Assembly (NCBI RefSeq): GCF_009914755.1
Contig: NC_060948.1
Reading direction: 5' to 3' (one strand)
DNA length: 64,000 bases
Origin: the human T2T-CHM13v2.0 reference genome, Homo sapiens
Shown here piece after piece: positions 28,724 to 41,119 of the stretch (position 1 is the stretch's first letter; each line of letters opens with the position of its first letter). Made by a program: the position numbers and the translations under genes. The notes beneath the pieces are model-generated. The model was not told where the DNA came from. It did no database searches and was given only the letters and a program-made list of their open reading frames with translations.

Positions 28724-29028
28724 CTTTTTTTTTTTTTCTTTTGTTGAGACAGAGTTTTACTCTCGTTGCCCAGGCTGGAGTGCAGTGGTAATATCTTGGT
28801 TCACTGCAACCTCCACCTTCCAAATTCAAGTCATTCTCCTGCCTCAGACTCCTGAGTAGCTGGGATTACAGGAGCCTGCTACCACGCTCAGCTATTATTT
28901 GTATTTTTAGTAGAGATGGGGTTTCACCATGTTGGCCAGGCTGCTCTTAAACTTCTGAGCTCAGATGATCTGCCTGCCTTGGCCTCCCAAAGTGTTGGGA
29001 TTATAAGAGTGAGCCACTGCAAACCAGA
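28724..29028 (-). mobile_element. Alu (AluS-like)
   Basis: Poly-T plus full dimer. Confidence 0.92.
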
Positions 29029-29029
29029 C

Positions 29030-29306
29030 TTTTTGCTGTTTTTAAAGAGATGGGATCTCACTCTGTCACCCAGGCTGGAATGCAGAAGTGCAATCCAAGC
29101 TCACCGCATCCTCAACCTTCTGGGCTTAAAGCCATTCTTCCAGCTCAGTCTCCTGAGTAGCTGGGTCTACAGGCATGTGCCAGCATGCCTGGCTAACTTT
29201 TGTATTTTTTATAGAGATAAGGTCTTGTTATTTTGTGCAGGCTGGTCCCAGACTCCTGGCCTCAAGCTATCTTCCTGCCTCAGCCTCCTGAAATGCTGGA
29301 ATTACA
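29030..29306 (-). mobile_element. Alu (AluJ-like), tandem with the previous Alu, 5' ~20 nt missing
   Basis: CTCTGTCACCCAGGCTGGAATGCA...TGCTGGAATTACA. Confidence 0.85.
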
Positions 29307-29429
29307 ATTTTCTGACTTCTTGAGTATGTTCTTAAAATGAGCTTTAATTATATTTTGAATAATAATAATAATTAGCTGTAATACAAAATGAATTATGTTA
29401 ATTGCTTCTTTTGTATTCAAAATAAGTAT

Positions 29430-30220
29430 ATCTTCTTACCTGGAGCATGAAAGCTGCTTTCAAACTGGTCTTTCTACTTCTCAACACTTAAGTCCGTACA
29501 TAGCACCCAAGAGGTTCCTAAAAATATTTGACTTCATGTCACTCCTCTGCTGAAATTATCCAGTGTTTCTACCTTCTACTCAGAATTAAGGTCAAAATGC
29601 TGAAAATAACATAAGTTACCATGATCAGATAACCCAGTTGCTTATCTGATATCTGACCCTACCAATTTCCTGCTTATGTAATTCAGCTGCTATTATACTG
29701 ATCTTATTGCTCTTCCAAAAAATTACCAAACATAGTTTTTCTTTTGCAATTTCATTTTCCTGGTACTCTGTTCTCCCAGATGGTTAGTTTATTCTAATTT
29801 TTGTGCTATTATCACATCAACAGTAATTCATTTGTCACCCATGATTTTTTTAATTATCTATCATTTATTTTTATTTATTTTTTATTATTATACTTTAACT
29901 TAGAGGGTACATATGCAGCCATAAAAAAGGATGAGTTCGTGTCCTATGTAGCGACATGGATGAAGCTGTCACCTACAATTTTTAAAAAGTGAATCCCACA
30001 CACATTGTATGAAGTTCCGTCTCCTACCACATACTTTCCCATGAGAACTGCCCACATCTAATGAGCTACACACGTTACTCATTTATTTAATGTCCTGTCA
30101 GTTTTCCACAACATAATGTAATCTCTGTCAAGGCAGGAATGCTGACATTTTAATCAGTACTGTACCTCAAATAATCTAAAAACTGTCTAGCTTACTGTTA
30201 ATAATAAAAAAATGCTAAAT
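29430..30220 (+). mobile_element. L2 3' region remnant
   Basis: CATGTCACTCCTCTGCT, AATGTAATCTCTGTCAAGGCAGGA, ATGCTAAATTAATGAA end. Highly diverged. Confidence 0.55.
29845..29968. mobile_element. Miniature 5'-inverted L1PA insertion
   Basis: T-rich tail plus TATTATACTTTAACTTAGAGGGTACAT (L1 3' end, minus), fused to TATGCAGCCATAAAAAAGGATGAGTTC..GGATGAAGCTG (L1, plus). Degenerate TSD. Confidence 0.8.
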
Positions 30221-30559
30221 TAATGAAACAGTATTTTAAATGTTTATTTCAGAATGTTTTCCCTGTGTTCGCCTCCCCAAAACAAACAACGTATTCTTTA
30301 ACTTTAGGCAATGTGTTGTATGTATTCTTGTTTGGCACAAAATATATTTTGGGTGATGTGGCAAACAGAGTAATACCACTGTACAAAAATAAGTAAGTAA
30401 GTAAATACATAAATAAATAAACCCTAGAAACTATGTCCACAACCCAATCCCTGGAACCTATGGATATGTGACTTTACATGGCAGAAGGTGTTTTGCAAAT
30501 GGAATTTAAGGATTTTGAGGTGGATGGGTTATTATGGAATTACTGGGGTAAGCCCAGTT

Positions 30560-30868
30560 ATTTTTTTATTTTGTTTATTTATTTTGAGAAGTAGTCTTGG
30601 TCTGTCATTCAGGCTGGAGTGCAGTGGCACAATCTCAGCTTACTGCAACCTCCAACTCTCAGGCTCAAGTGCTTCTCCTGCCTCAGCCTCTGAAGTAACT
30701 GGGATTACAGGCACATACCACCACACTTAGCTAATTTTTGTATTTTTAGTAGAGACAGAGTTTCATCACGTTGGCCAGGCTGGCATGAACTCCTGACCTC
30801 AAGTGATCCAAGGCATCAGCCTCCCAAAATGCTGGGATGGATTACAGGCTTAAGCCGCCACATCCAGA
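30560..30868 (-). mobile_element. Alu (AluS-like)
   Basis: Full dimer motifs. Confidence 0.9.
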
Positions 30869-30964
30869 GGTTCCCAGTTTAATCATAAGAGTGCTTGAAA
30901 GTAGAAAAGTGAGGCAGAAAACAGTGTTCCGAGAGATGGCATTATAAGAAGAACTCCATGTCAC

Positions 30965-31337
30965 TGTATTAGTCTGTTCTCACACTGATAATAAAGACAT
31001 ACCTGAGAATGGGTAATTTATAAATAAAAGAGGTTTAATTTACTCACAGTCCCTCATGGCTGGGGAGGCCTCAGGAAACTTAACCATCATTGTGGAAGGG
31101 GAAGCAAACATGTCCTTCTTCACATGGTGGCAGTGAGAAGTGTTGAGCAAAAGGGGGAAAAGCTCCTTATAAAACCATCAAATCTCATGAAAACTCAGTA
31201 TCACAAGAACAGCAGCATGGGGGTAATCTTCCCTCTTATTCATTTATCTCCCACAAGGTTCCTCCCACAAAATGTGGGGGTTATGAGAACTATAATTCAA
31301 GATGAGATTTGGGTGGTTACATGATGAAATCGTATCA
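30965..31337 (-). mobile_element. THE1-like (MaLR) solo LTR
   Basis: TGTATTAGTCTGTTCTCACACTGATAATAAAGACATACCTGAGA...GATGAGATTTGGGTGG..TATCA. Confidence 0.88.
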
Positions 31338-31599
31338 GTCCAAGTACTGATTGTGAGAATAGGAAGCTAGGGCCAAGGACCAGAGGGAATCTGGCCTTTG
31401 CAGAAGAAGCTAGGGAATCAACTGACTTACACAGACTCTGGAAGAAAACACAGCCCTACTGCATCTAGATTTTAGTCTAGGGAGACCCATGTGGGACTTG
31501 GAACCTCAAGAAATGGAAAATAATACATTTATGTCATCTTAAGCTACCCTATTTACAGTAACTTATTACAGCACTCACAGGAAACTAATAGAGATGGTA

Positions 31600-31860
31600 T
31601 TTTTTTTAAAGACAGGGTCTTGTTCTGTTGCCCATGCTGGAGTGAAGTGGTGTAATCACATTTCACTGCAGCCTCAAACTCCTGAGCTCAAGTGATCCTC
31701 TTACCTCAGCATCCCAAGTAGCTGGGACTACAGATGATTGCCACCATGCCTGGCTAATTTATTTTTATGTTTGTAGAGATTGAGTCTCTACAAACTTTGC
31801 GAGGCTCCCACCTTAGCATCCCAAAGAGCTGGGAATACATGAGTGAGCCACTGTGTACGG
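31600..31860 (-). mobile_element. Alu (AluJ-like) with an internal deletion
   Basis: CACTGCAGCCTCAAACTCCTGAGCTCAAG. The left arm is shortened near 31790. Confidence 0.85.
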
Positions 31861-32414
31861 TTTTATAAATGGTAATTCTATTGTTGCTAATGGTAGGTTT
31901 TTCCTAGTTTTCTATTTTACTAAGAGATGTATAAACACACTCAAAAATATCACAGACATGCCTTTTTTGACATGTGAAAATTGGCTAAAATCTCAAATCT
32001 CTCACTGTGGTCAAAATGTCAGAAATTGTTTTTCACTTAATCAATAAAATATAAAGACTGTTGATTGTCAGTGAACACATGCTCTGGAAAACCCTGTGGA
32101 GCCTTTCACATGAGTGTGTTGGTCCCAAGAATTATGAGGAAACATTGGACAGTCTGTGGAAAGCCTAGACCAGCAGTTGTAGATTTAATTTGGGTTGTTC
32201 TTTGGTGTTATGGTTTTTAACAAAATTCATCACTTCAGATGCAAGTGAATTAAGAGAGTCCAATCAATTTTCCTTGGGGACTGGAACAATGTTGGAAATA
32301 TGGATAAGCTGTAGAGGGAGGCTCCTCTCATTATAAGCCATATTAAAGCACAACCCTCCACACAGTATTACAATATGGAAAAATATGACAAGACCCAGAG
32401 TGAAGATAAGAACT

Positions 32415-32720
32415 TTTAAATTTTAATTTTAATTTTTTGAGATGGAGTCTTACTCTGTCACCCAAACTGGAGTGCAGAGATGCAATCTTGGCTCACTGAT
32501 ATCTATGCACCCTGGGGTGAAGTGATTCTCCAGCCTCAGAATCCTAAATAGCTGGGACTACCAGCATGTGCCACCATGCCTGGCTAATTTTTGTATTTTT
32601 AGTAGAGGCAGGGTTTTACCATGTTGGCCAGGGTGGTCTCGAACTCCTGACCTCAAATGATCTGCCTGCCTTAGCTTCCAAAAGTGCTGGGATTACATGT
32701 GTGAGCCACCATGCCCATCC
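32415..32720 (-). mobile_element. Alu (AluS-like)
   Basis: Full dimer motifs. Confidence 0.92.
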
Positions 32721-32789
32721 AAGACAAGTAGAACTTAAGCCAATTTTGCTCATCCAGCTTTCGAAATTAGAAAATCTCATTGTATCCTT

Positions 32790-33246
32790 GTGTTATATTC
32801 CATGATGCCTCCAAAGAAACAGAAGTAACAGAATATATAGAGATATATAAGAGGAGATTGGAAATTGGCTGACACGATTATGATGGCCAAGAAGTCCCAC
32901 AATCTACCATCTGTGAACTGGAAGGAAGCCAGTGATGTTGTTTAGCCCAAGTCTGGAGGCCTGCAAACCAGGTGCTCACATGTCTGTGGTCAGGAGAGGA
33001 TGAATATACTAGCTCAAGAAAAGAAAGCAAATTCACTGTGTCTCCACCTTTTTCTTCTATTCTGGACCTCAGTGAATTAATTCATACCCACCCACATTGG
33101 TGACATTGGATCTTCTCTACTCAGTCTACAGATTCCAATATTAATTTCTTCCTGAAATGCACTCATGGAAACACCAAAATAATGTTTCTCCAGCTACCTG
33201 GGTCTCCCCTTGCCCAGTCATGTTGACACATAAAATTAACCATTAC
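32790..33246 (-). mobile_element. MLT2 (ERVL) solo LTR
   Basis: GAAGTCCCACAATCT, GTTGACACATAAAATTAACCATTACA end. Confidence 0.8.
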
Positions 33247-33469
33247 AACTTCCCTTAGGCACTTTCAGATTTTCCTTGGAACTGTCAATGCCTTCTTTGT
33301 AGAAGGAGAGGCCCTAGAAAATTAGCATTTAGTGAAATAAGATGAACATGCCCGAAAGCCTATAAATGTCACAAAATTGAAGGATAATGAAAAAGTATTA
33401 TGAAATCAAGTTAAAATGTTCACATGAAGTGATAGAGATTGTATAACTTGTTCTAATCTTTTATTTGGA

Positions 33470-33685
33470 TGAACATTTGTCAATCTTAGCATTGTTGATA
33501 TTTGGGATGTGATAAATCTTTGTGGTGGGGCTGTATTGTGTATTGCAGGATGTTTTGCAGCATCCCTGGATTCAACCTACCAAATGCCAGAAGCACCTAA
33601 TTTCCCCTATTGTGACACCCAAAAATGCCTCAAGATATTGTGAAATATCCTCTGAGAGACAGATTTTACACCAGTCGAGATGTGC
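33470..33685. mobile_element. MER20-like hAT MITE
   Basis: GTATTGCAGGATGTTTTGCAGCATCCCTGG..TGTGACACCCAAAAATG. Confidence 0.7.
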
Positions 33686-34872
33686 TGTGTTGCATTAAAA
33701 TCAGAACAACATTTGTGGTCATTTGTTCAAATTACTAGAGACCTTGAATGTGATTCTCTATTTTAACTATGTCTTTTACAATACCAAGTTTCAGGAACAT
33801 TTACGTATCAAATGAAGTGTGAAGTGTTGTTACCTATTTCAGGAGGATCATAGCTTCTCCTTTTATGTGCCACTATCTTGCAGCCACTCTGACATAGGAG
33901 AGCCACTTAAGGATTTTCAAACAGAGAAGACTTTGAAGGGAGAAATGTTCACAAGTATATTTGACCAAAAATTGAGAAGGGAAGGAATAAATAAAGAGAG
34001 AAGCAGAAACACAGAGGAAGAAAGAGAAAGAAGGAGAGAGAAGCAGAAAAAAAAAGAGAGGTACAGAGATAGACTTGCTAAATAAATTGAGCTTTTACTT
34101 TCTGTTCAATTTGAAGTAGTTTCTTGTTATTGTTCTGGCTCTGGTGTTAGTGGTTAGAACCAATGCAAATACAACCTTGATTAAATGGGGAGAAACAACT
34201 GCTGGCAAAACAAACAAACAAAGAACAAAAACAAAAAATGGAAAAGTCTGAGTAATTTTTTGGCTTTTTCTTTAACTTCCACAGACATTTTTTGAATACT
34301 TACATTGAGCTATTCTATTGCTGTGTTGTTTATAATATTTTAATGGCATAAATGCTAAACTTAAATTGAGGAAAACACAGTAGAGATGAGTACAAAAATA
34401 TTGATAGGTAGGAGAAACTCATGTTAAAATATCAGCTAGGTAAAATTGGAAAAGACATGTAATATTCATAGAAATATGTATTGCTAACTTAAAGCAGACT
34501 GAGAATCAACGAATCAATCTGTTTTACAATTTGAAATGATGGATTTACTTTAAAAAAAGTAAAATGTACAACTATCAATGAAAATATGTTTGGAATTATG
34601 TTGACTTGTTTAGTTATTCTGGAATCTAAAAATGGTACATTAATTTTCTCATCTTATTGTTAAATACATAATTTATAGCTTTTTTTTAACTTGCTGGATA
34701 ACAACATGTAGATGAATAAAATCAACTTTTAAATTTTATTTGCTGATGCTGAAATGATTGAAATAACATGATTAATGTTTTCTTGTTCAGTTTGTTTTAC
34801 AAGGTAATAGGCATTGATTGGGCATTGTGTATTCCACAATTTTACGAACATTTTTCACTTTCACATAACTGA

Positions 34873-35166
34873 TTTTTTTATTTTGAGACAGAGTCAGGCT
34901 TTGTTACCTAGGCTGGATTGCAGTGATGTGATCTCAGTTTGCTGCAACCTCTGCCTCCTGGGTTCAAACTATTCTCCTTCCTCAGACTCCCAAGTAACTG
35001 GGATTACAGGCACATGCCACCATACCTGGCTAATTTTTGTATTTTTAGTAGAGACAGGATTTCTCCATGTTGACCAGGCCAGTCATGAACTCCTGACCTC
35101 AAGTGATCCACTCACCTTGGCCTCCCAAAGTGCTTGGATCACAGGCATAAGCCACCACATCCAGCC
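34873..35166 (-). mobile_element. Alu (AluS-like)
   Basis: Full dimer. CATAACTGA repeated on both sides (TSD). Confidence 0.92.
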
Positions 35167-36111
35167 ACATAACTGAATTTTTGCTTATCAATGTTTTGCT
35201 ATACTGCCTCCAGTATCAGAGTGATATTCTAGCTTAGACATAGGTATTTGCACACATTTCATGAAATACAAGTGAAGCCTTCATTTTTTCTATTTATTTG
35301 GACTGGTAATAGTACAAAAATATAATGGATAGTATTTTCATGCCACAGCTATTTCTCCACAAAATAGAAATTATTTTTTAAGTACAATAGAATGTTTTTC
35401 CAAATCTCCTAAGAAGGGCCCTTCCCTTGCAATTTTCAAGCTGGGTCTTATGAGAAAATGAATTCATCTGACGGAAAGAAATGAGGATCTTTTACAAAAA
35501 AATAAAAGAAAAGGTAAAAATGACTATTTTCTGGAACAAATGGGGACACACAGTATATACATTTTGGTGCTGTGGAATGTTTATACCTGCAAGAATTTTG
35601 AAGATTGTCATTATTTTTTCTCTGTAAGAAATTACAGATTAAAAACAAATGTTTTGCTATTATTGATGATGTGTTTTCTCATAAACATCAACTAGCAGCT
35701 GGACAATCTGCTAAAGATTTTTTTTCTGACTGAAGCTTTTGCTTATCTTAGTTATTCATATTTAACCTTGAAATATTTGGCAAAGTGAAGAAGTATTTTT
35801 AAATGACTAATTTTGTTTTTATACTAAGTGATTCTTATGTGAACAAAGTAAAGTATCATACAACTATACCTACTTGTAACAACATAATTTCAAGCACTTT
35901 TTGAAAAAGGCATATCTATGATGCTGGCTGTATAAAATCAAATAAATAGAAACAAGTTTGAAAATAAAAATAAGTATGTAGAACTTAAAATATAAAATTT
36001 ATCCACCATGGGCATAAAAAAGTCATATTGAACTGGAAGTCTGCATGATTTCAAGTTGCTCATGCTATTAACCAAATGTAATAAAGGGAAAAATGTTACT
36101 GTGTTGGGTCC

Positions 36112-37375
36112 TGGGATGGCTAGTTTTATGCATCCACTTGACTAGGCTTAATACACACACTATCCCATCAAACACTGATGTACGTTTTCCAGTGAAGCTA
36201 TTTTGTGTGTGTCATTAGCACCTACAATCAGCTGACATTAAGTCAAGCAAATTATCCTAGGTAATGTGAATGGGCCTTATCTAGTCAGTGAAAATAACTT
36301 AAAAGGCAACACTAATGTTTCCCTGAGAATGGAGAAAGAGAATGGAGAAATTATGGCTCAAGACCATAGTAGCAACTCCAGCCTAAGAGCTGCCAGCTTG
36401 CCCTGCATATATGAGACTTGCCAGCCACAGAAGTCATATCACATACTCCATGAAATTTTATAAGATATATAAATGACAAATAGATCAATGGATGGATGGA
36501 TGGAGGGTTGGATGGATGGATGGATGGACGAATAGATGGGCACATACATATAATAGATAGATGTTAGATGACAGAGATAGATAGATAGATAGTGATACAT
36601 GACAGATGACAGATGCTAGATAGGTAGACAGATAAGAGATACATAGATAAATGATAGGTAGATACATAGATACACAGATCAATGAATGGATAGCTGATGA
36701 CATGGATAGATGATTGATACATACATACATATATACATATATACATGGATGGATAGATGATAAAGAGACAGAATGTTAGATACATACATACATGAATAGA
36801 TAGATACATATATAGATGGATGACAGATAGAATGATAGATAGATAGATAAATAGATAGATAAAGATGAATTGGATGGATGGATGATAGATGATAGATACA
36901 TAATAGATACTGGTGATTGACATAAAGATAGAACAGTAGTGAGATATATGGACAACTACATTTCAGGTAAACACATGATAGATAAAAAGAAATAACTAAT
37001 ACATTAGATAGGTACATAGATGAAATATGTAGATGTAGGTAGATTGATAGATTTGTAATCATTTATAGGTAGAGCTAGATAAATTGACAATGATAGATAC
37101 AAAGATACATAGAAAAATAGAAAAACAGGTAGATAAATAGATTATAGCTAAACAGGTATAGATAGACTGATAGTAAATGATGATGACAGGTACAAAGTTA
37201 GGTAAAGAGACACATGGATAAATATACTAGAGCAGGCTAGATGAGAGATAGATGATAGATATGGAGAGATATGGATAGATCTAGATAGATAGATAGATAT
37301 GGAGAGATAGATACAGATAGATGACATATCCATAGATATATCCTACTGGTTGTGCTTCTCTCGAGAATCCTGTCT
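36112..37375 (+). mobile_element. MLT2-type LTR whose internal microsatellite has expanded
   Basis: TGGGATGGCTAGTTTTATG..ACTTGACTAGGC start; TCCTACTGGTTGTGCTTCTCTCGAGAATCCTG end. Confidence 0.7.
36462..37340. repeat. Degenerate (GGAT)n/(GATA)n/(CATA)n tract
   Basis: About 880 bp of GATA, GGAT, GACA and CATA tetramers. Confidence 0.93.
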
Positions 37376-37996
37376 TTTTCAGTGATACAGAACAATCTCC
37401 ACCACTTATTCCAAATGAAGCACAGCTGCTACTATAGAAACTTCTGATTGTGCCACATCTAGTGAAAAACAAATGAAAACTTATGACAACCCAATGCAAG
37501 CAGATCCTCCAGGGCTTTTAATTGCTCAGTTATTCCACCTCAGGTCAGCCCACCAGTGGAAGACCCTGAGGGCAAGTATCCATGACAGCAGTAGTGTCAC
37601 AGTGTAGGGAAGCTACTGCAAATGTTAGTCCTAGAGGTATTGTGCATGTGTTCTTTCTTGTTTGGTGTTTTATCTGTATGCCTGTGTGTGTGCCTTGCCT
37701 TATGTATTTTACAGATAGCATGTTGTACTCAATTCTCAACTTACTACTTGAGTTACAACCCATCATAATGGGGTTCAGAAGACAGAAGGAAGATTCAACC
37801 TGTGATGGGTGCAAAGCATTGTTGATGATGGCTCCACAAACCTTTTGTGTTCCTCTTACAGTTCACAGGCTGGTCACTCTTCTTTCCACTTGGGCTTTTC
37901 TGTATTGCAGAGGCTGGAAAGCTAGTCATTACATCCACCTGCATGCATCCTTTCCAGATAGGGTGCTGGGTGAAATATGGATCTTTTTTTCACTCC

Positions 37997-38463
<467 letters not shown>

Positions 38464-38819
38464 AAATACTAAGATCAGAAAGCGTGTGTAACTCTGTCAT
38501 GGAGTGATTACAACCAGGCATTATTGCAGCCAAGATTGATAAATATGCCCAATAAGTACAATTGTTCTCATGTCAGCCCTTGTTGAAGGAATACTCACAG
38601 CAATGGTGATCACCGCTATCAAAACTATCACTAAATTACTCATTGTGACTGGTTGTCCTGGTTTCCTCAGGTTTTCTTCTGCCATCTGTGACAGTTTCTT
38701 TATCTGTCCCCTGGTGGGTGGCTGTGTTCAACGGGTGTTGCTCATGACAGTCGGGGTCCTCTTCAGCATCAGTCTCAACATGGCTGCAACCAGGGGGTCC
38801 TCAGGTTCCTCCTGGAATC

Positions 38820-40260
38820 TCTTCCTCGGCATCTATCTCATGATAAAGTTTCAGGTGTCTTCATGGTATCAAAATTGGCTGTTGATTCGATCCTGGAGAA
38901 ACAAGCATAACCTCTACCCCAAGTTATTATTTTACCTATTTCTCAACTTTTTCTTATCAGATCTCTCCATCATACCAGTTGTTCTGCTTCTGTCTTTGCA
39001 GCTGGTTTCTGTAGATGCTGTTCAGCTGCTAATATTACCTAGCTTTTAGGCAGGCTCAAAAAATTTAAAGTTAATAATGCTAGATTCATCTGTATGGGCT
39101 GTCCCATAATCTGTTTCCCTCTTTCTGTTTTTGCAACTGCTGTTGCCATTTGCAACTGCTGTTTCAGGGAGAGATTCATTCTTTACAGTATGTCTTGTCC
39201 TTAAGAATTACATGGGATACCAGTAATGTGTTTAATATTCCACACAAAGAAAAATGTAGCCAGAGCTTGGCTAGTATAACCTGGGGCATTGTCTGTTTTA
39301 ACAGAAGCTGGAATGCCTATCACTGCAAAACACTGAAAACAGTGCTGTTTAACACAGGCGGAAGACTTTCCTGATTAGCATGTAGCACAGACAAAATGAG
39401 AAAAAGTTTCCAGACATACATGTACATAAGCTAGTCTCCCAAACAAGGGAACATGTGTGACATACATTTGCCAAAGAGAATTTGGTTCCAATCCTCAAGG
39501 ATTAACTCCTCCTGTAAAAGATGAGGAATGTACCATTTGGCAAGTTGGGCATTTCTGAATAATAGCTTTAGCTTCTTTCCAGGTAATGCTGTATCTTTGT
39601 TTGAGACCAGAGGCATTAACATGGGTTAAATTGTGAAAGTGTCTAGCATTAGATATTGCAGTAGTGACTAGGCAATCAGCCATTTGATTCCCTGCAGTCA
39701 AAGGTCCTGGAAAAGGTGTATGAGCCCTAATGTGAGTGATGAGAAAAGTGTGCATTCTACTCCTAACTGCTGTTTGCAACTGGGTAAATAAATACATCAG
39801 TTGTTCAGCTGTATGAAATTGTAACTGAGAATTTTCAATTAATTGTGTGGAATGAACCACATATAAAGAATTGGAAATCACATTAATAGGCATATCAAAA
39901 GTACTCAATACCTCAATTACAGCTACAAGCTCCACCTTTTGAGCTGAAGTATAGGGTGTCTGGAAAACTTTACTTTTGATCCAGAATAAGAAGCTTTACC
40001 ATTACTAGATCCATTTGTAAAAAGACTCTCGGCACCTTCAATTGGTTTAAATTTAGTTATTGTAGGGAGAATCAAATTAGTTAATTTCAAAAATTAAAAC
40101 AGTTTCAATTTAGGAAAATGATTATTGAGAATTGTTCAGTAACCAAGTCCTCTAAAGCCTCCAGTTTCTCTTTACTTAGAGGCCATTGTTCTATCCAAAG
40201 TGGTTACTTGTTAACCACTTTGTATAGTTTCTGGAGTCTTAACAATAGCTGCCTTCAAAA
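38820..40260 (-). pseudogene. pol: HML-3 pol remnant: RNase H and integrase present, most of RT deleted
   Basis: ELVAVIEVL..ITHIRAHT..GNQMAD (RNase H) and HNLTHVNASGL..AIIQKCPTC (IN HHCC). Only ~250 bp separates the RT start from RNase H. Confidence 0.85.
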
Positions 40261-40264
40261 ATGA

Positions 40265-41110
40265 TATCCTAAACCTTGATGGGAAATTTGTCTTTCCACT
40301 TGAAGTGGTTCCCTCAAAACTCAAAATTTTTTTCCTAGTCCCATACCAGAGACATACCCCATTTCATGCAGCATATGTTGACTTTTTGGTCTGTATAATT
40401 GCTCTGGAATTAGAACGTGTGCTCCCCATTGTTATAATAAATCTCTTCCCCATAAATTAATATGTACAGAAGTTATAATTGATTGAATAGTCCCAGGTTG
40501 TCCATCAGGCCCTTCAAAATGCAAAATATAACTACTTCAATATACTTCAGGGGTTTTACCAACCCCAGCTACATTAAATTGAGCAGATTGAATTGGCCAT
40601 GTGGACAGCCAGTGCTGTAGAGAAATGATTAAAATGTTCACTCCTGTATCAACCAAACCTTTAAATTTTTTTCCCTGAATAGTTACTTTACTGGTAGAAC
40701 ATTTATCAGTAATTTGATTCACCCAGTAAGCCGCTTTGTCTTGTTTATTTTTGCTTTCAAATCCTCCTGTTCATTTATTTTCACTTTTCTCCATTTCCCT
40801 ATACGGCACAATCAGGAGCTGTGCTATATGCTCTCCTGGCTCTCCTTTCCAGGCAACAGAAGTAGATATAACAATCTGAATTTCCCCATTGTAATCTGAA
40901 TCAATGACTCCTGTTTGTACTTGTACCCCTTTTAAATTTAAACTATACCTTCCTAGAAGTAATCCTGTTGTTCCTGCTGGCAAGAGTCCACAGGGTCCTG
41001 TTGGAATTTTTTGTGGGGGATCCCAAGGCAGAAGGCTTACAGCTTTTGGGCAGCATAAATCTACTGCAGCCCAAAATGTACTGTGGCATTGTACAGGAGT
41101 GAGGGAATGG
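40265..41110 (-). pseudogene. pro: HML-3 dUTPase-protease remnant
   Basis: GLLLGRYSLNLKGVQVQTGVIDSDYNGEIQI..IAQLLI (dUTPase) and FKGLVDTG (aspartyl protease). Confidence 0.9.
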
Positions 41111-41119
41111 CCTGATCCA

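Larger units (their letters stand above)
30420..31592 (+). mobile_element. MLT1 (MaLR) LTR interrupted by an Alu and a THE1/MST LTR
   Basis: AATCCCTGGAACCTATGGATATGTGAC..CATGGCA at the 5' end; CAGCA..CACAGGAAACTAATAGA at the 3' end. Confidence 0.72.

Noticed and set aside
36351-37499. Cluster of hydrophobic I/Y/L/S-rich ORFs
   Set aside because: They are artefacts of the (GATA)n tract.
38570-39049. 159-aa plus-strand ORF resembling a membrane protein
   Set aside because: It is antisense to the HML-3 pol/env junction, with no independent coding evidence.
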